Position numbers and translations under genes: made by a program
NCBI GenBank assembly: GCA_009695405.1
Contig: SIAZ01000003.1
Span: forward strand, 1-32,386
Reading direction: 5' to 3'
Source: Pedosphaera sp.
Lineage (GTDB): Bacteria; Verrucomicrobiota; Verrucomicrobiia; Limisphaerales; UBA9464
Length of the DNA: 32,386 bases
The notes under the pieces: model-generated
What the model was told of the DNA's origin: nothing
Databases searched by the model: none
What the model saw: only the letters and a program-made list of their open reading frames with translations
In this document: positions 18,384-28,471 of the stretch, one piece after another
How the letters are laid out: every line of letters begins with the position of its first letter
Position numbering within the stretch: position 1 is the first letter of the stretch

Positions 18384-19910
18384 TTGCTTCAACCAATCCC
18401 ACTTCAGATTCCGCTTCTGCAGCTTTCGGCAGTCACTAAATCTTTCGGCTCAGTAAGCGCACTGAAGGGCGTCTCGTTTGACCTGCAACCCGGCGAAATC
18501 CATGCATTACTCGGCGGAAATGGAGCAGGAAAGTCGACGCTCATTAAGATCATCGCCGGCGCACATTCACCGGATAGCGGCTCTATCGATATCAACGGCC
18601 AGCGCATCACTCAACTGACCCCTTCCGCAGCCCTCAATCTCAGCATCGCCTCCATCTACCAGTAACCTTCGCTCTTCCCTGATCTCACTGTCGCCGAAAA
18701 CATCGCGCTACGGTTGGGAAAAACCCGATTGTTCGCTCGTGTTCATTGGACAAACCGCCGCTTAAAAGCCGCACAATTACTCAAACTTATAGGAGCAGAA
18801 ATATCACCCGATACCGAGGTGTGCGACCTCTCAATGCCTCAGCAACAACTTGTCGAGATCGCCTGCGCTCTTGGCTCTAAGGCACGAATCATCCTTATGG
18901 ACGAACCCACCGCGTCGCTCACCTATAAGGAACAAGAAAGTCTCTTCACCCTTGTGCGAACCCTGCGCAATGACGGTGTCGGCATCATTTATATTTCCCA
19001 TCGCTTAGAGGAAATTTTCGCACTCGCTGATCGAGTGACGGTGCTGCGCGATGGTAAAAGTACCGGAACGTCACAAGTCACTGAAACCAACCCTGCCTCA
19101 CTGATTAAACTTATGGTCGGTCGCGAAGTTTCAACTCTTTTTCCGCCTACCGAAAGCCAACTGGGATCACTGGTTCTCTCGCTGAAAAACCTCGGTTGTA
19201 CCGCTGGTGGCGTGAAAAATATTAACCTTGATTTGCGCGCCGGAGAAATCGTCGGCCTCGCTGGACTAGTGGGAGCCGGTCGCACCGAACTCGCCCGAGT
19301 GCTTTTTGGTATTACACCTGCTGATTCTGGTGAAATTAGTCTCAACGGACAATTGGTGGTCATCACTTCCCCTCAAGACGCAATTGCCCTCGGCATTGCC
19401 TATCTGCCCGAGGATCCTCGCCGTCAGGGTGTGATTCTCGAAATGCCTCTGTCCCACAACATGACTCTGGCCAGCCATAAACGGCTTTTTCCAAAGAGTT
19501 GGCTCCGTCACGATTCCGAACAGAATCTCGCCGAGGCATTTATCGAGGATCTCGCGGTTAAAACCTCCAGCGCAGAAGCCCTTGTTAACTCACTTTCTGG
19601 CGGTAATCAGCAGAAAGTTTCCCTGGCCCGTTGGCTAGCTACAAAACCTAAAATTTTGATCCTCGACGAACCGACTCAAGGTATCGACATCGGAGCAAAG
19701 AATGAAATCCACAAAATAATCCGTCGTCTCGCCAAGGAAGGTCTCGCCGTTCTGATGATCTCTAGCGACCTACCCGAAGTGCTGGGTATGAGCGACCGAA
19801 TCGCGGTTCTGCGCGGAGGCACTTTAGCGGCGATATTCCCAAGCCAGTGCACGGCACACCAAGTGATGTCGGCATCATTGGGACTCAGCGAAAAAGGAGC
19901 GGGAGCTTGA
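18384..19910 (+). pseudogene. CUT2 sugar ABC transporter ATPase (RhaT/RbsA-like) interrupted by an in-frame TAA
   Basis: ORFs 18384-18665 and 18714-19910 share a frame. The junction reads IYQ*PSLFPDLTVAENI (TAA 18663-18665, in the Q-loop). Walker A GGNGAGKST, MDEPT, LSGGNQQKV and LDEPTQGIDIGAK are present. Confidence 0.9.
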
Positions 19911-20833
19911 AGCCCAACGTCCGTGAACGATCTGTAGCCCTCGTACTTGGGCTCCTGCTTTTAATGCTCGCTGTGTTCGCTCCAAACTTTTTTGAACCCC
20001 AACCGCTTCTCTCCCGATTAGCTTCCGCGGCGCCCAAGCTCGTCCTTGCCTGCGGCGTGGCTTTGGTGATTATCGTGCGGCAAATTGACATTTCAATTGG
20101 CTCACTTTTCGCCGTGTGTGGAACCACCGCAGGGCTTGCCGCCGCTGCTCATTGGCCCTTACCAATGGCTCTGCTGCTTTCCGTCGGGGCCGGAATTCTC
20201 GGCGGTTCGATCAATGGCTTGCTGGTGGCTAAATTACGACTCCCTAGCATCGTAGTAACTCTCGCTACTATGGTCACTCTACGCGAAGGATTGAGACTCA
20301 AACAGCAGGGCGTTTTCATCAATCTGCCAGAAGGAACTCAGTGGTTCGGGCTACCAATGATCCTAGGACAATTTACCCTGTGCGGCATTGCCATCGGACT
20401 CCTGCTGATCATGGCGATCCTGCTGAAGCATTTTTCTGCGGGTCGATTTATCTATGCTGTCGGCTCAGATGAGGAGGCGGCTCGACTCGCGGGCATTCGG
20501 CCGCGATTGGTTACCTTTCTTGTCTTTGTCACAATGGGCGCTCTCACTGGAATTGCCGCTCTTCTCAATCTAGTTCAATCGCCTCAAGTGGACCCTAACA
20601 GCGGACGAGGTCTCGAACTTGAAGCGATTGCTGCCGTCGTGGTCGGTGGTGTCGCTGTCAGTGGAGGAAGGGGCCGTCTCTGGGGTGTCTTTCTTGGGCT
20701 TTTACTTCTTGTATGCACCAGTCCGGCCCTGACCTACATAGGGGTAAAACCGTATTGGGAGAAGGTCATTCAAGGCGCAGTAATTCTACTCGCCGTGGTG
20801 GCTGATGGACTGAGAACAAAAAAGTCTAAATAA
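19907..20833 (+). CDS. Sugar ABC transporter permease (rhamnose-type)
   Basis: QIDISIGS, LPSIVVTLATM, YAVGSDEEAARLAGI and ELEAIAAVVVGG. The TTG start overlaps the ATPase stop. Confidence 0.9.
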   Translation: MKPNVRERSVALVLGLLLLMLAVFAPNFFEPQPLLSRLASAAPKLVLACGVALVIIVRQIDISIGSLFAVCGTTAGLAAAAHWPLPMALLLSVGAGILGGSINGLLVAKLRLPSIVVTLATMVTLREGLRLKQQGVFINLPEGTQWFGLPMILGQFTLCGIAIGLLLIMAILLKHFSAGRFIYAVGSDEEAARLAGIRPRLVTFLVFVTMGALTGIAALLNLVQSPQVDPNSGRGLELEAIAAVVVGGVAVSGGRGRLWGVFLGLLLLVCTSPALTYIGVKPYWEKVIQGAVILLAVVADGLRTKKSK

Positions 20834-20860
20834 ATCGATCGACACACCCGCTCTGCTGAA

Positions 20861-21838
20861 ATGAAACCCCAACAATTGACTCGAATCTGGCCCCAACACG
20901 AAACCGTTCTCTTGTTGTTCATTATAGTTGAGATGAGTTACTTCAGCCTGTTCGGGCGACGCTTTTGTACTGTCGATAATTTTACAAATATCGTGCGACA
21001 CTCCCTCGAAATCGGACTGCTCGCATTGGTAATGACCCCTATTATTCTGACCGCTGGTATTGATTTATCCGTCGGGTCTACACTGGGTTTATGTGCGGTC
21101 CTCTTTGGGAAATTATGGCGTGATGCTGGACTAGAACCTTGGCTTGCTGGAATTTGTACGGTCGGCATCGGAGGCCTCTGCGGTGGGTGTAATGCACTGC
21201 TGATTGCCCAGATGAAACTACCCCCACTCATCGTGACTCTAGCCACTTTTTCGCTCTTCCGCGGTCTTGCTGAAGCCATCACTCAAGGCGTTGATGCCTT
21301 CACCGGTTTTCCGGCGTCCTTTCTTTTTCTAGGCTCCGGGCAGTTAGGGCAATTGCCCATACAGGCTTGGATCCTTGGTGCGGCCGCTATCGGGGTTTGG
21401 TTACTCGTGCACCGAACAACCTTCGGCCGTTCCTTCCGGGCCATTGGCTTTGCACCCGAGGGAGCCCTTTACGCGGGCCTTCCGGTGCGTCGCCAATTAG
21501 CCTTGGCCTACGTGTTGGCAGGCTTGGTCGCTGGCCTTACCTCCCTGACTTACACGGCTCGCTTGGGCACCGCAAAGGCCGACGCCGGTACAGGCTACGA
21601 ACTGTTTGCCATCACCGCCGTTGTTCTAGGGGGTACCCGTATTTTTGGCGGCGCTGGTTCAGTTCATGGGACATTGCTCGGCGTAACGACGTTAGCTGTC
21701 TTGAACAACGGACTTTCTCGACTGCCAAACCTCATGAATATCGCTAGCGAACTTTCTGGTATCGTCACCGGTGCTTTGCTGTTGCTGACACTAACGGCAT
21801 CCGCATTGCCTCACTGGCTAAAGGCGAGACAAAAATAG
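20861..21838 (+). CDS. Sugar ABC transporter permease (rhamnose-type)
   Basis: GIDLSVGS, LPPLIVTLAT and GYELFAITAVVLGG. Confidence 0.9.
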   Translation: MKPQQLTRIWPQHETVLLLFIIVEMSYFSLFGRRFCTVDNFTNIVRHSLEIGLLALVMTPIILTAGIDLSVGSTLGLCAVLFGKLWRDAGLEPWLAGICTVGIGGLCGGCNALLIAQMKLPPLIVTLATFSLFRGLAEAITQGVDAFTGFPASFLFLGSGQLGQLPIQAWILGAAAIGVWLLVHRTTFGRSFRAIGFAPEGALYAGLPVRRQLALAYVLAGLVAGLTSLTYTARLGTAKADAGTGYELFAITAVVLGGTRIFGGAGSVHGTLLGVTTLAVLNNGLSRLPNLMNIASELSGIVTGALLLLTLTASALPHWLKARQK

Positions 21839-21890
21839 GCGATCCTTGTCAATACACACCTCAATCAGGTTGACTCACAGCATCCATCCT

Positions 21891-22904
21891 ATGAGATCCC
21901 TTCTTATCCTCCTGTGCGTTTTCAGCCTTGCGGCTTTATCGGGCTGCAAACCGTCTGAGGTCGCCTCAACTACTCCGGTCGATGGCGCAACCAATAAAAA
22001 AAACACGCTGGCGTTCATGCCCAAGTCCAAAGGTAACGCTTATTTTGTCTCGTGTCGCCAAGGCGCGGATGCCGCAGCCAAGGAATTAGGCATCGAACTC
22101 ATCTTTGATGGACCGACCCAACCTGATCCAGCGAAACAGAATGAAATCATCGAAAACTGGATCACTCTAGGTGTCGATGTGATTGCCGTTGCTTGCGAAA
22201 ATAAAGACGGTATTTCCACCGCCTTGAGAAAAGCTCGAAGCAAAGGAGTCAAAATCGTCACCTACGATTCCGACGCCAACCCCGATGCCCGAGATTTTTT
22301 TGTCAATCAAGCAACACCCGAAGGGATCGGCTACGCACTGATGGATGAGGCAGCTCGACTCTGTGGCAACTCCGGCGAGTTTGCGATTATAACCGCTTCG
22401 TTGACTGCCCAGAACATGATTGAGTGGCAGAAGCATATCGAGGCAAGGCGTCTGGCGAAATATCCCGATATGAAAAAAGTCGCACTGCGCCCCTGCGACG
22501 ATTTAAAAGATAAAGCTCAAGCTGAAGCCACCATTTTACTGAGCGCGTATCCCAACCTAAAATTACTGATGAACATTTGTTCACCCGCCGTTCTCGGCGC
22601 GGCTGAAGCAGTAAAACAGGCAGGCAAAAGCGGCCAAGTAAAAGTCATCGACCTGGGTCTTCCCAACGAAAATAAGCGCTACGTGAAGGACGGTACCACG
22701 GATACAGTGATCCTCTGGAAAACAGTGGATCTAGGTTATTTAACCGTGCAAGCGGCGACAGCGCTGGCGAAAGGGCAACTCAAATCAGGCGCAACACATT
22801 TTAAAGGAGGACACCTAGGTGAGTTCAAAATAGTGGGGGACAACATTCTCTTGGGTGAGCCTTTTAAGTTTACTAAGGATAATATCGATCAATTCGACTT
22901 CTAA
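21891..22904 (+). CDS. Rhamnose/AI-2-type ABC substrate-binding lipoprotein
   Basis: Lipobox LSGC, MPKSKGNAYF, TYDSDA and ILWKTVDLGY, ending FTKDNIDQFDF. Flanked by rhaA and rhaM. Confidence 0.88.
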   Translation: MRSLLILLCVFSLAALSGCKPSEVASTTPVDGATNKKNTLAFMPKSKGNAYFVSCRQGADAAAKELGIELIFDGPTQPDPAKQNEIIENWITLGVDVIAVACENKDGISTALRKARSKGVKIVTYDSDANPDARDFFVNQATPEGIGYALMDEAARLCGNSGEFAIITASLTAQNMIEWQKHIEARRLAKYPDMKKVALRPCDDLKDKAQAEATILLSAYPNLKLLMNICSPAVLGAAEAVKQAGKSGQVKVIDLGLPNENKRYVKDGTTDTVILWKTVDLGYLTVQAATALAKGQLKSGATHFKGGHLGEFKIVGDNILLGEPFKFTKDNIDQFDF

Positions 22905-22936
22905 TCCCTTTTAAGTCGACTTGATTTTGACCTCGT

Positions 22937-23257
22937 ATGATCCGGAAAGCCTTTGTTATGAGCGTCCATCCGCAGCAAGAACCGGAGTATGTACGACGGC
23001 ATCAGCCGATCTGGCCGGAGTTAGAGGCGGTCTTGCTTGATCACGGAGTAAAGACTTACTCGATCTTTTTGCTCCAAGAATCTCGGCAACTTTTTGCCTA
23101 TGTCGAATTTGACGACGACGCACAATGGACCGCCATAGGAAAGACCGACGTCTGCCGCCGCTGGTGGTCCCACATGAGCGAACTGATGCCAGTGAACCCT
23201 GACAAGAGTCCCCGTTCCGAAGAATTAGCAGAGGTGTTTCATTTAAGCCGAGCTTAA
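22937..23257 (+). CDS. rhaM: L-rhamnose mutarotase
   Basis: MIRKAFVMSV, YVRRHQPIWPEL, RRWWSHMSELM and EVFHL. Confidence 0.93.
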   Translation: MIRKAFVMSVHPQQEPEYVRRHQPIWPELEAVLLDHGVKTYSIFLLQESRQLFAYVEFDDDAQWTAIGKTDVCRRWWSHMSELMPVNPDKSPRSEELAEVFHLSRA

Positions 23258-23428
23258 ATACGAGCGAATTTATTGCTCCCAAGTTTGTTCTTCTCAATCT
23301 CCCCTCGCACAAGTCCATCAGTCAGATTGCAAACCATCGTTGACGCAAGCCTGCCTGCCTAACACCGTCTTCGGGTCCGGATCAACCGGAGTCCAGTTGG
23401 GCTTCGTTCACCCGGTCTTTCTCTATGT

Positions 23429-24658
23429 ATGAGCAAACTCGACGAAGTGTACGCAAAGCTACAGGTTAAGAACGGGGCCAAGATGGCGCTGATCGTCCTC
23501 GATGGACTCGGTGATATAGCCACTCAATCGCAAGGATGGCTCACCCCGCTCGAAGCCGCTCGCACCCCAAACCTCGATGCCCTCAGTTGTTCTGGATCGG
23601 CGCAAGGTCGCATGATTCCAGTAGCCCCCGGCATCACACCCGGATCCGGCCCTGGCCATCTCGCCCTTTTCGGTTATGACCCGATTGACTGGCAAGTGGG
23701 GCGCGGTGTCATTGAAACCCTGGGGTTGGGTATCGAACTCAAGAACGGTGATGTCGCCGCCCGCGCTAACTTCTGTTCGCTGAACAAAGAGGGTTTAGTT
23801 ACCGACCGACGTGCTGGACGTATCGCCACGGAAGTTTGTGAGCGTCTTTGCACGATTCTCTCCTCCAATATTACTAAAATCGGCACCACTAAAGTCCTTA
23901 TTTATCCTGGAAAAGAACATCGGTTTGTTATCGTTTTTCAGGGCAACGGTTTGGAAGGTCCTCTGACCGATACCGATCCTAATCGGGAAGGTTTGATGAT
24001 TGCTGAAGCTGTTCCGACAGATCCTTCAAACGTGGGTCAGGCCAATGTAGCTCAGTTAATTAAAGACTTTTACAAACTCGCGCTCCCTTTGCTGGCAGCA
24101 GAAAAGACGGCTAACGGATTTCTGATGCGCGGCGTGGCGCATCAACCAAACATTCCCACTTTCCAGCAACGCTACGGCCTCAAGGCGGCGGCTATTGCTG
24201 TTTACCCCATGTACAAGGGGCTCAGTCAATTGGTCGGGATGATTAAGATCGAAGGACCGGAAACAATCGCCCAACAGTTTGAACGGTATGTTGCCGAGTA
24301 CGACAACTACGACTTCTTCTTTATCCACTACAAATACACCGATAAATCGGGTGAAGACGGGGACTTTGCCGCCAAGGTCAAAGCGATCGAAGATTTCGAT
24401 GCCGCGCTCCCTATTTTCTTAGCCCGCAAACCCGACGTCATTGCTATCACCGGCGACCATTCCACCCCGTGCGCGTTGAAAGGCCATTCTTGGCATCCTC
24501 AACCGGTCCTTCTCCATTCCAAAGCGAGTGGGAGCGATAAGCTGGTGCGCTTTACCGAAACGGGTGCTAACAGTGGATCGCTCAGCGTCTTTGAGGCTAA
24601 GTATCTCATGCGTCTTATGCAGGCTAATGCCGGAATGTTCGACAAATACGGAGCCTAA
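23429..24658 (+). CDS. apgM: 2,3-bisphosphoglycerate-independent phosphoglycerate mutase, archaeal-type
   Basis: VLDGLGD, TPLEAARTPNLD, TPGSGPGHLALFGYDP, DRRAGRI, YPMYKGL and TGDHSTP. Confidence 0.92.
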   Translation: MSKLDEVYAKLQVKNGAKMALIVLDGLGDIATQSQGWLTPLEAARTPNLDALSCSGSAQGRMIPVAPGITPGSGPGHLALFGYDPIDWQVGRGVIETLGLGIELKNGDVAARANFCSLNKEGLVTDRRAGRIATEVCERLCTILSSNITKIGTTKVLIYPGKEHRFVIVFQGNGLEGPLTDTDPNREGLMIAEAVPTDPSNVGQANVAQLIKDFYKLALPLLAAEKTANGFLMRGVAHQPNIPTFQQRYGLKAAAIAVYPMYKGLSQLVGMIKIEGPETIAQQFERYVAEYDNYDFFFIHYKYTDKSGEDGDFAAKVKAIEDFDAALPIFLARKPDVIAITGDHSTPCALKGHSWHPQPVLLHSKASGSDKLVRFTETGANSGSLSVFEAKYLMRLMQANAGMFDKYGA

Positions 24659-24688
24659 CAGGGATCTCTTTCTGACCGCTCTGCAATC

Positions 24689-25594
24689 GTGGAGCGGTCT
24701 TTTCTCCCTAGTCAACCCAACCCTAGCACCCCAATCTACTCCCGGCCTAAGTCCTTGGAATCCTCTGTCCAGTTCACCCCGATCGGGCATCTTCGCTCTG
24801 GGAAAAATGTGCTGTTTGAAGCCCGCCATCAACCTCGTGAAAGCGATTTCGAACGGAACATTCTCGCACTTTATCCCGGTCTTGGGATCCACGAAGCTCT
24901 CCGTGATCTTGAGGGTATGGAACGACTCTGGTTGGTGTGGTGGTTCCATAAAGCAACATCGTGGCGTCCCTTAGTCCTACCCCCTCGCGGTACAGCGCGC
25001 CACCGAGGGGTCTTCGCCACATGCTCCCCTCATCGTCCTAATCCCATCGGGATTTCTCCTGTACGCTTGATCGGTATCGAAGGACTCCAACTCATTCTTG
25101 GTCCCTGCGATCTCGTCGAAGGAACTCCGGTCCTCGATATTAAGCCGTATGTTCCAGGTTATGATTCCTTTCCCCAAGCGACGGCCGGATGGATCGATGA
25201 GGTCGAAGCTTCCATGGCTGTTCCGCCCGCTTACTCGGTCGAATTGGGGCCCTTAGCGCTCGAACAATCTCGATGGCTGCGTGAGCGTTGGAAGGTAGAT
25301 TTTCTACCCCGTCTGACCGAACTGCTGTCGCGTGATCCTTCTCCCCATCGCACTCGGCGTATTCGGGCCCGTTCATCAACTCTTTTCGAGATTGGGTGCG
25401 GTACTTGGAAGGGGCTTTTTCAAGTCGAGATGAGCCGCGTCCTAGTGACCGGATTCGAACCGTCTTTCCCCGTCCGTTTTCTCACCGAAGCCTGGCGCAC
25501 AGGTATTCCAGATCACGACGCTCAACTTGATTTTCTGCGCCTGTGGCCTTGTCCAGTTCTCGAACCTCGGATTCCCACAGACCCAACTCCCTAA
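24689..25594 (+). CDS. trmO: tRNA m6t6A37 methyltransferase TrmO/TsaA family with a C-terminal extension
   Basis: FTPIG, WLVWWFH, GVFAT(C)SPHRPNPIGIS and DLVEGTPVLDIKPY. Confidence 0.88.
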   Translation: MERSFLPSQPNPSTPIYSRPKSLESSVQFTPIGHLRSGKNVLFEARHQPRESDFERNILALYPGLGIHEALRDLEGMERLWLVWWFHKATSWRPLVLPPRGTARHRGVFATCSPHRPNPIGISPVRLIGIEGLQLILGPCDLVEGTPVLDIKPYVPGYDSFPQATAGWIDEVEASMAVPPAYSVELGPLALEQSRWLRERWKVDFLPRLTELLSRDPSPHRTRRIRARSSTLFEIGCGTWKGLFQVEMSRVLVTGFEPSFPVRFLTEAWRTGIPDHDAQLDFLRLWPCPVLEPRIPTDPTP

Positions 25595-25663
25595 GTCTCT
25601 CGGAAAACAACCGACTTGGTGGTTGCCCAAGCCTCTCTCTAAGCGTAATTCGTACGCATACGT

Positions 25664-27382
25664 ATGAAGCCCCTGCCTCCTGCTCTGCCTCCTCTGGACC
25701 GTACCGCTTGGTTGGTATTACTCGTTGCCTCTATTGGGTTCCTTTTCGATACCTACGAACTGCTGCTTTTACCCTTAATCGCCGCACCCGCAATTTCTGA
25801 AATTCTTCAACTGCCGACCAGTCATCCCGATGTCACGACTTGGGTGGGCCGTCTCCTTTGGATGGCTGCTCTTTGTGGTGGTGTCTTTGGCTTAATCGGA
25901 GGTTGGCTTACTGACCGTTTCGGTCGAAAAACCGTTCTTGCCGCCAGTATTGCTCTCTACTCTCTCTCGCCAGTCGCTGCCGCTCTGAGTACCTCTCTCG
26001 CAGGCTTTATCTTCTTTCGCTGCGCCACCTTTGTCGGAGTCTGTGTCGAATTCGTCGCCGCAATTACTTGGTTAGCAGAACTCTTTCCGGAAAAGGGGCG
26101 CAAAGAAAAAGTACTCGGCTGGACTCAAGCTTTCGCTTCGATCGGCGGACTCTTCGTTACTGTGGTCAATGGATGGATTCTTAATCACGCTGCCTCGTTA
26201 CCCGCTCTCCCGATCGGCGAACCTTTCAACGCTCATGCCGATTGGCGGTACACTCTTATCACCGGCCTCTTGCCTGCCTTACCAATCGCTCTGCTCTTGC
26301 CTTTTGTCCCCGAATCTCGGGCTTGGCAACAACGTCGCGCCGCAGGAACACTCAAGCGGGCTCATTTAAGTGAACTATTTTCGCCGGCTCTCCGAAGAAC
26401 AACTTGGATCACTGCAGCACTCTCCGCTTGCGCCTATGGGGTCGCTTTCGGCGCGCTCCAATTAACCCCAACTCGCATCGTTCCAGGTCTTTCCACTTTG
26501 GCAAGCGCTCAACAAAGTCTTCGTCCTCTTCAAGTAGAAGCTTCCGAACTTAATAAACAACTCGATGGAGTTCGACCCGACTTCGATAATGCTGCCACTG
26601 CTGTCCCCGGCCTTCGTGAACTCGCCGATCAACGAGCTAAGCTGCGTGTCGCGATGAGGGCGGCCGCGAAACCTCTGTCCAATACCAACACCACCACCGA
26701 AGTACGCGCTACTATCACCACAAAACTCTCAGCGCTTACCAATCAATTCACTCAACTAGACACCCAACTCACCGACCTCACTGCAGCCCGTCTTGAAGCT
26801 CGCTCCGCTGTGCTGGCTCGAGAAAAAATCCTCGGACAACTCGGAGCCAATCGCGCCAAACAGGAAGCCCCAGATACCCTGATCAAAACCCGTGGCAAAG
26901 ATATTCAGTTCTGGCAAGAACTGGGCGGATTAGCGGGCCGCATCGCCCTCGCTCTGCTACTCGCTGCGGCCATCACCCGCGGTAACCTCCTGCGCCTTTT
27001 TCAAGCCCCAGGTCTACTCGTTTTGCCTCTGACATATCTTTGGCTTTTCAATGCTCAACCCGAACTCTTTCAATGGGGCATCTTCCTCGCTGGTTTCCTT
27101 ACCGTCGCCCAATTTAGCTATATGGGCGAATATCTCCCTAAAGTGTTTCCTATCCACTTGCGGGCCACCGGCGGCAGCTTCGCTACCAATGTAGGCGGTC
27201 GTATGATTGGCACTTCTATGGCCTTCTTTACTACGAATCTCCTCGCGCCTGCTCTCGGTGGTACCGCCCCTGCCTTCATCGCTAAGGCCGCCGCTATTGT
27301 CGGTATCGCAATGTTCGCTCTGGGCTTCTTTCTCAGCTTCTTCCTCCCTGAACCCAGTTCTGAACCCAGCTCTCATCCGTAA
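25664..27382 (+). CDS. MFS transporter with a large soluble helical insertion
   Basis: IGFLFDTYE, motif A GWLTDRFGRK, WLAELFP, PES, and EYLPKVFPIHLRATG. Confidence 0.9.
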   Translation: MKPLPPALPPLDRTAWLVLLVASIGFLFDTYELLLLPLIAAPAISEILQLPTSHPDVTTWVGRLLWMAALCGGVFGLIGGWLTDRFGRKTVLAASIALYSLSPVAAALSTSLAGFIFFRCATFVGVCVEFVAAITWLAELFPEKGRKEKVLGWTQAFASIGGLFVTVVNGWILNHAASLPALPIGEPFNAHADWRYTLITGLLPALPIALLLPFVPESRAWQQRRAAGTLKRAHLSELFSPALRRTTWITAALSACAYGVAFGALQLTPTRIVPGLSTLASAQQSLRPLQVEASELNKQLDGVRPDFDNAATAVPGLRELADQRAKLRVAMRAAAKPLSNTNTTTEVRATITTKLSALTNQFTQLDTQLTDLTAARLEARSAVLAREKILGQLGANRAKQEAPDTLIKTRGKDIQFWQELGGLAGRIALALLLAAAITRGNLLRLFQAPGLLVLPLTYLWLFNAQPELFQWGIFLAGFLTVAQFSYMGEYLPKVFPIHLRATGGSFATNVGGRMIGTSMAFFTTNLLAPALGGTAPAFIAKAAAIVGIAMFALGFFLSFFLPEPSSEPSSHP

Positions 27383-27425
27383 TAAACCGATTGATCACTT
27401 CCTCTCTTACCCTTTCCATTTCCTT

Positions 27426-28448
27426 ATGCGCTACCCATCTCTCCTCCCTGCACTCGCTGCCCTCTTTGCCGCACTCCGCCTCGCCGCTGGCCCTGTCGAT
27501 GAAATGACCGGTGCCGCTCGGACTTTCCTTGCCGCTCTTAACGATGATCAACGCTCGATTACTCGCTTCGATTTTAACGCCGACGAACGGGAAAATTGGC
27601 ATTTCATCCCCAAAGACCGCAAAGGTATCACCGTCGGTAGTCTCAAACCGGCTCAACAAAATCTAGCGTTCGCTCTACTCTCTACCGGTCTCAGTCCGCG
27701 CGGATTCAATAAGGCGGCGACCATTATGAGCTTGGAACAAATCCTCCAAGACAGTGAAGGCCCCTCTCGCCGTTTCCCTCGTGATCCGCACCTTTATTAT
27801 ATTAGTATCTTCGGCACTCCCGATGCCAAAGGAACTTGGGGATGGCGCTACGAAGGGCACCATATGTCCTTCAATTTTACGATTGTCGACGGTGCTTTTG
27901 CCGCAGGTACTCCAAGTATGTTGGGAACAAATCCGGCCGAAGTCCGCACTGGTCCCCTCACCGGCCTTCGCGTTCTTTCCGCCGAAGAAGATCTCGCTCG
28001 CAACCTTCTCGACTCTCTTACCCCAGACCAACGACACAAAGCGGTCATCCTCGAAACTGCCCCCGACGATGTCCTAACTGTCGCCGCACGTAAGGCGGAT
28101 GTCGGGCAACCCAAAGGACTCACCTATGCTCAAATGAACTCAGCCCAAAAGACTCTCTTAAACAGTGTCATCGCCGAATACGTGGGCCGGCTCCGAGGTG
28201 AACTCGCCGAATCCGACCTCGCTAAAATCAAAGCCGCTGGGCTCAACAAGATTTATTTTGCTTGGGCAGGTTCCCTAAAACGTGGTGAACGACACTACTA
28301 CCGCGTTCATGGCCCCACTTTTTTACTCGAATACGATAACACTCAGAACGAAGCAAATCACATCCACGCAGTGTGGCGTGACTTCACTAATGATTTCGGA
28401 CGCGATATTCTTGCTGAACATCTTAAACACGATCACAAATCTAAATAA
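27426..28448 (+). CDS. DUF3500 domain exported protein
   Basis: Signal peptide, ERENWHFIP, WGWRYEGHHMSFNFT, YYRVHGPTFLLEYDN and NHIHAVWRD..NDFG. Confidence 0.9.
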   Translation: MRYPSLLPALAALFAALRLAAGPVDEMTGAARTFLAALNDDQRSITRFDFNADERENWHFIPKDRKGITVGSLKPAQQNLAFALLSTGLSPRGFNKAATIMSLEQILQDSEGPSRRFPRDPHLYYISIFGTPDAKGTWGWRYEGHHMSFNFTIVDGAFAAGTPSMLGTNPAEVRTGPLTGLRVLSAEEDLARNLLDSLTPDQRHKAVILETAPDDVLTVAARKADVGQPKGLTYAQMNSAQKTLLNSVIAEYVGRLRGELAESDLAKIKAAGLNKIYFAWAGSLKRGERHYYRVHGPTFLLEYDNTQNEANHIHAVWRDFTNDFGRDILAEHLKHDHKSK

Positions 28449-28471
28449 AGGGTCCAATTACCCATCCTTCT

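Noticed and set aside
1073-18665. Stop-codon reassignment (TAA/TAG read as Gln)
   Set aside because: TAA and TAG end many intact genes here at the expected C-termini (pyrF, rhaM, rhaA, ltaE), and CAA/CAG are used normally. Isolated mutations or errors are simpler.
20861-22904. Frameshifted permease / binding-protein fusion
   Set aside because: The binding protein has its own ATG and lipobox (LSGC), so the two genes are genuinely separate.
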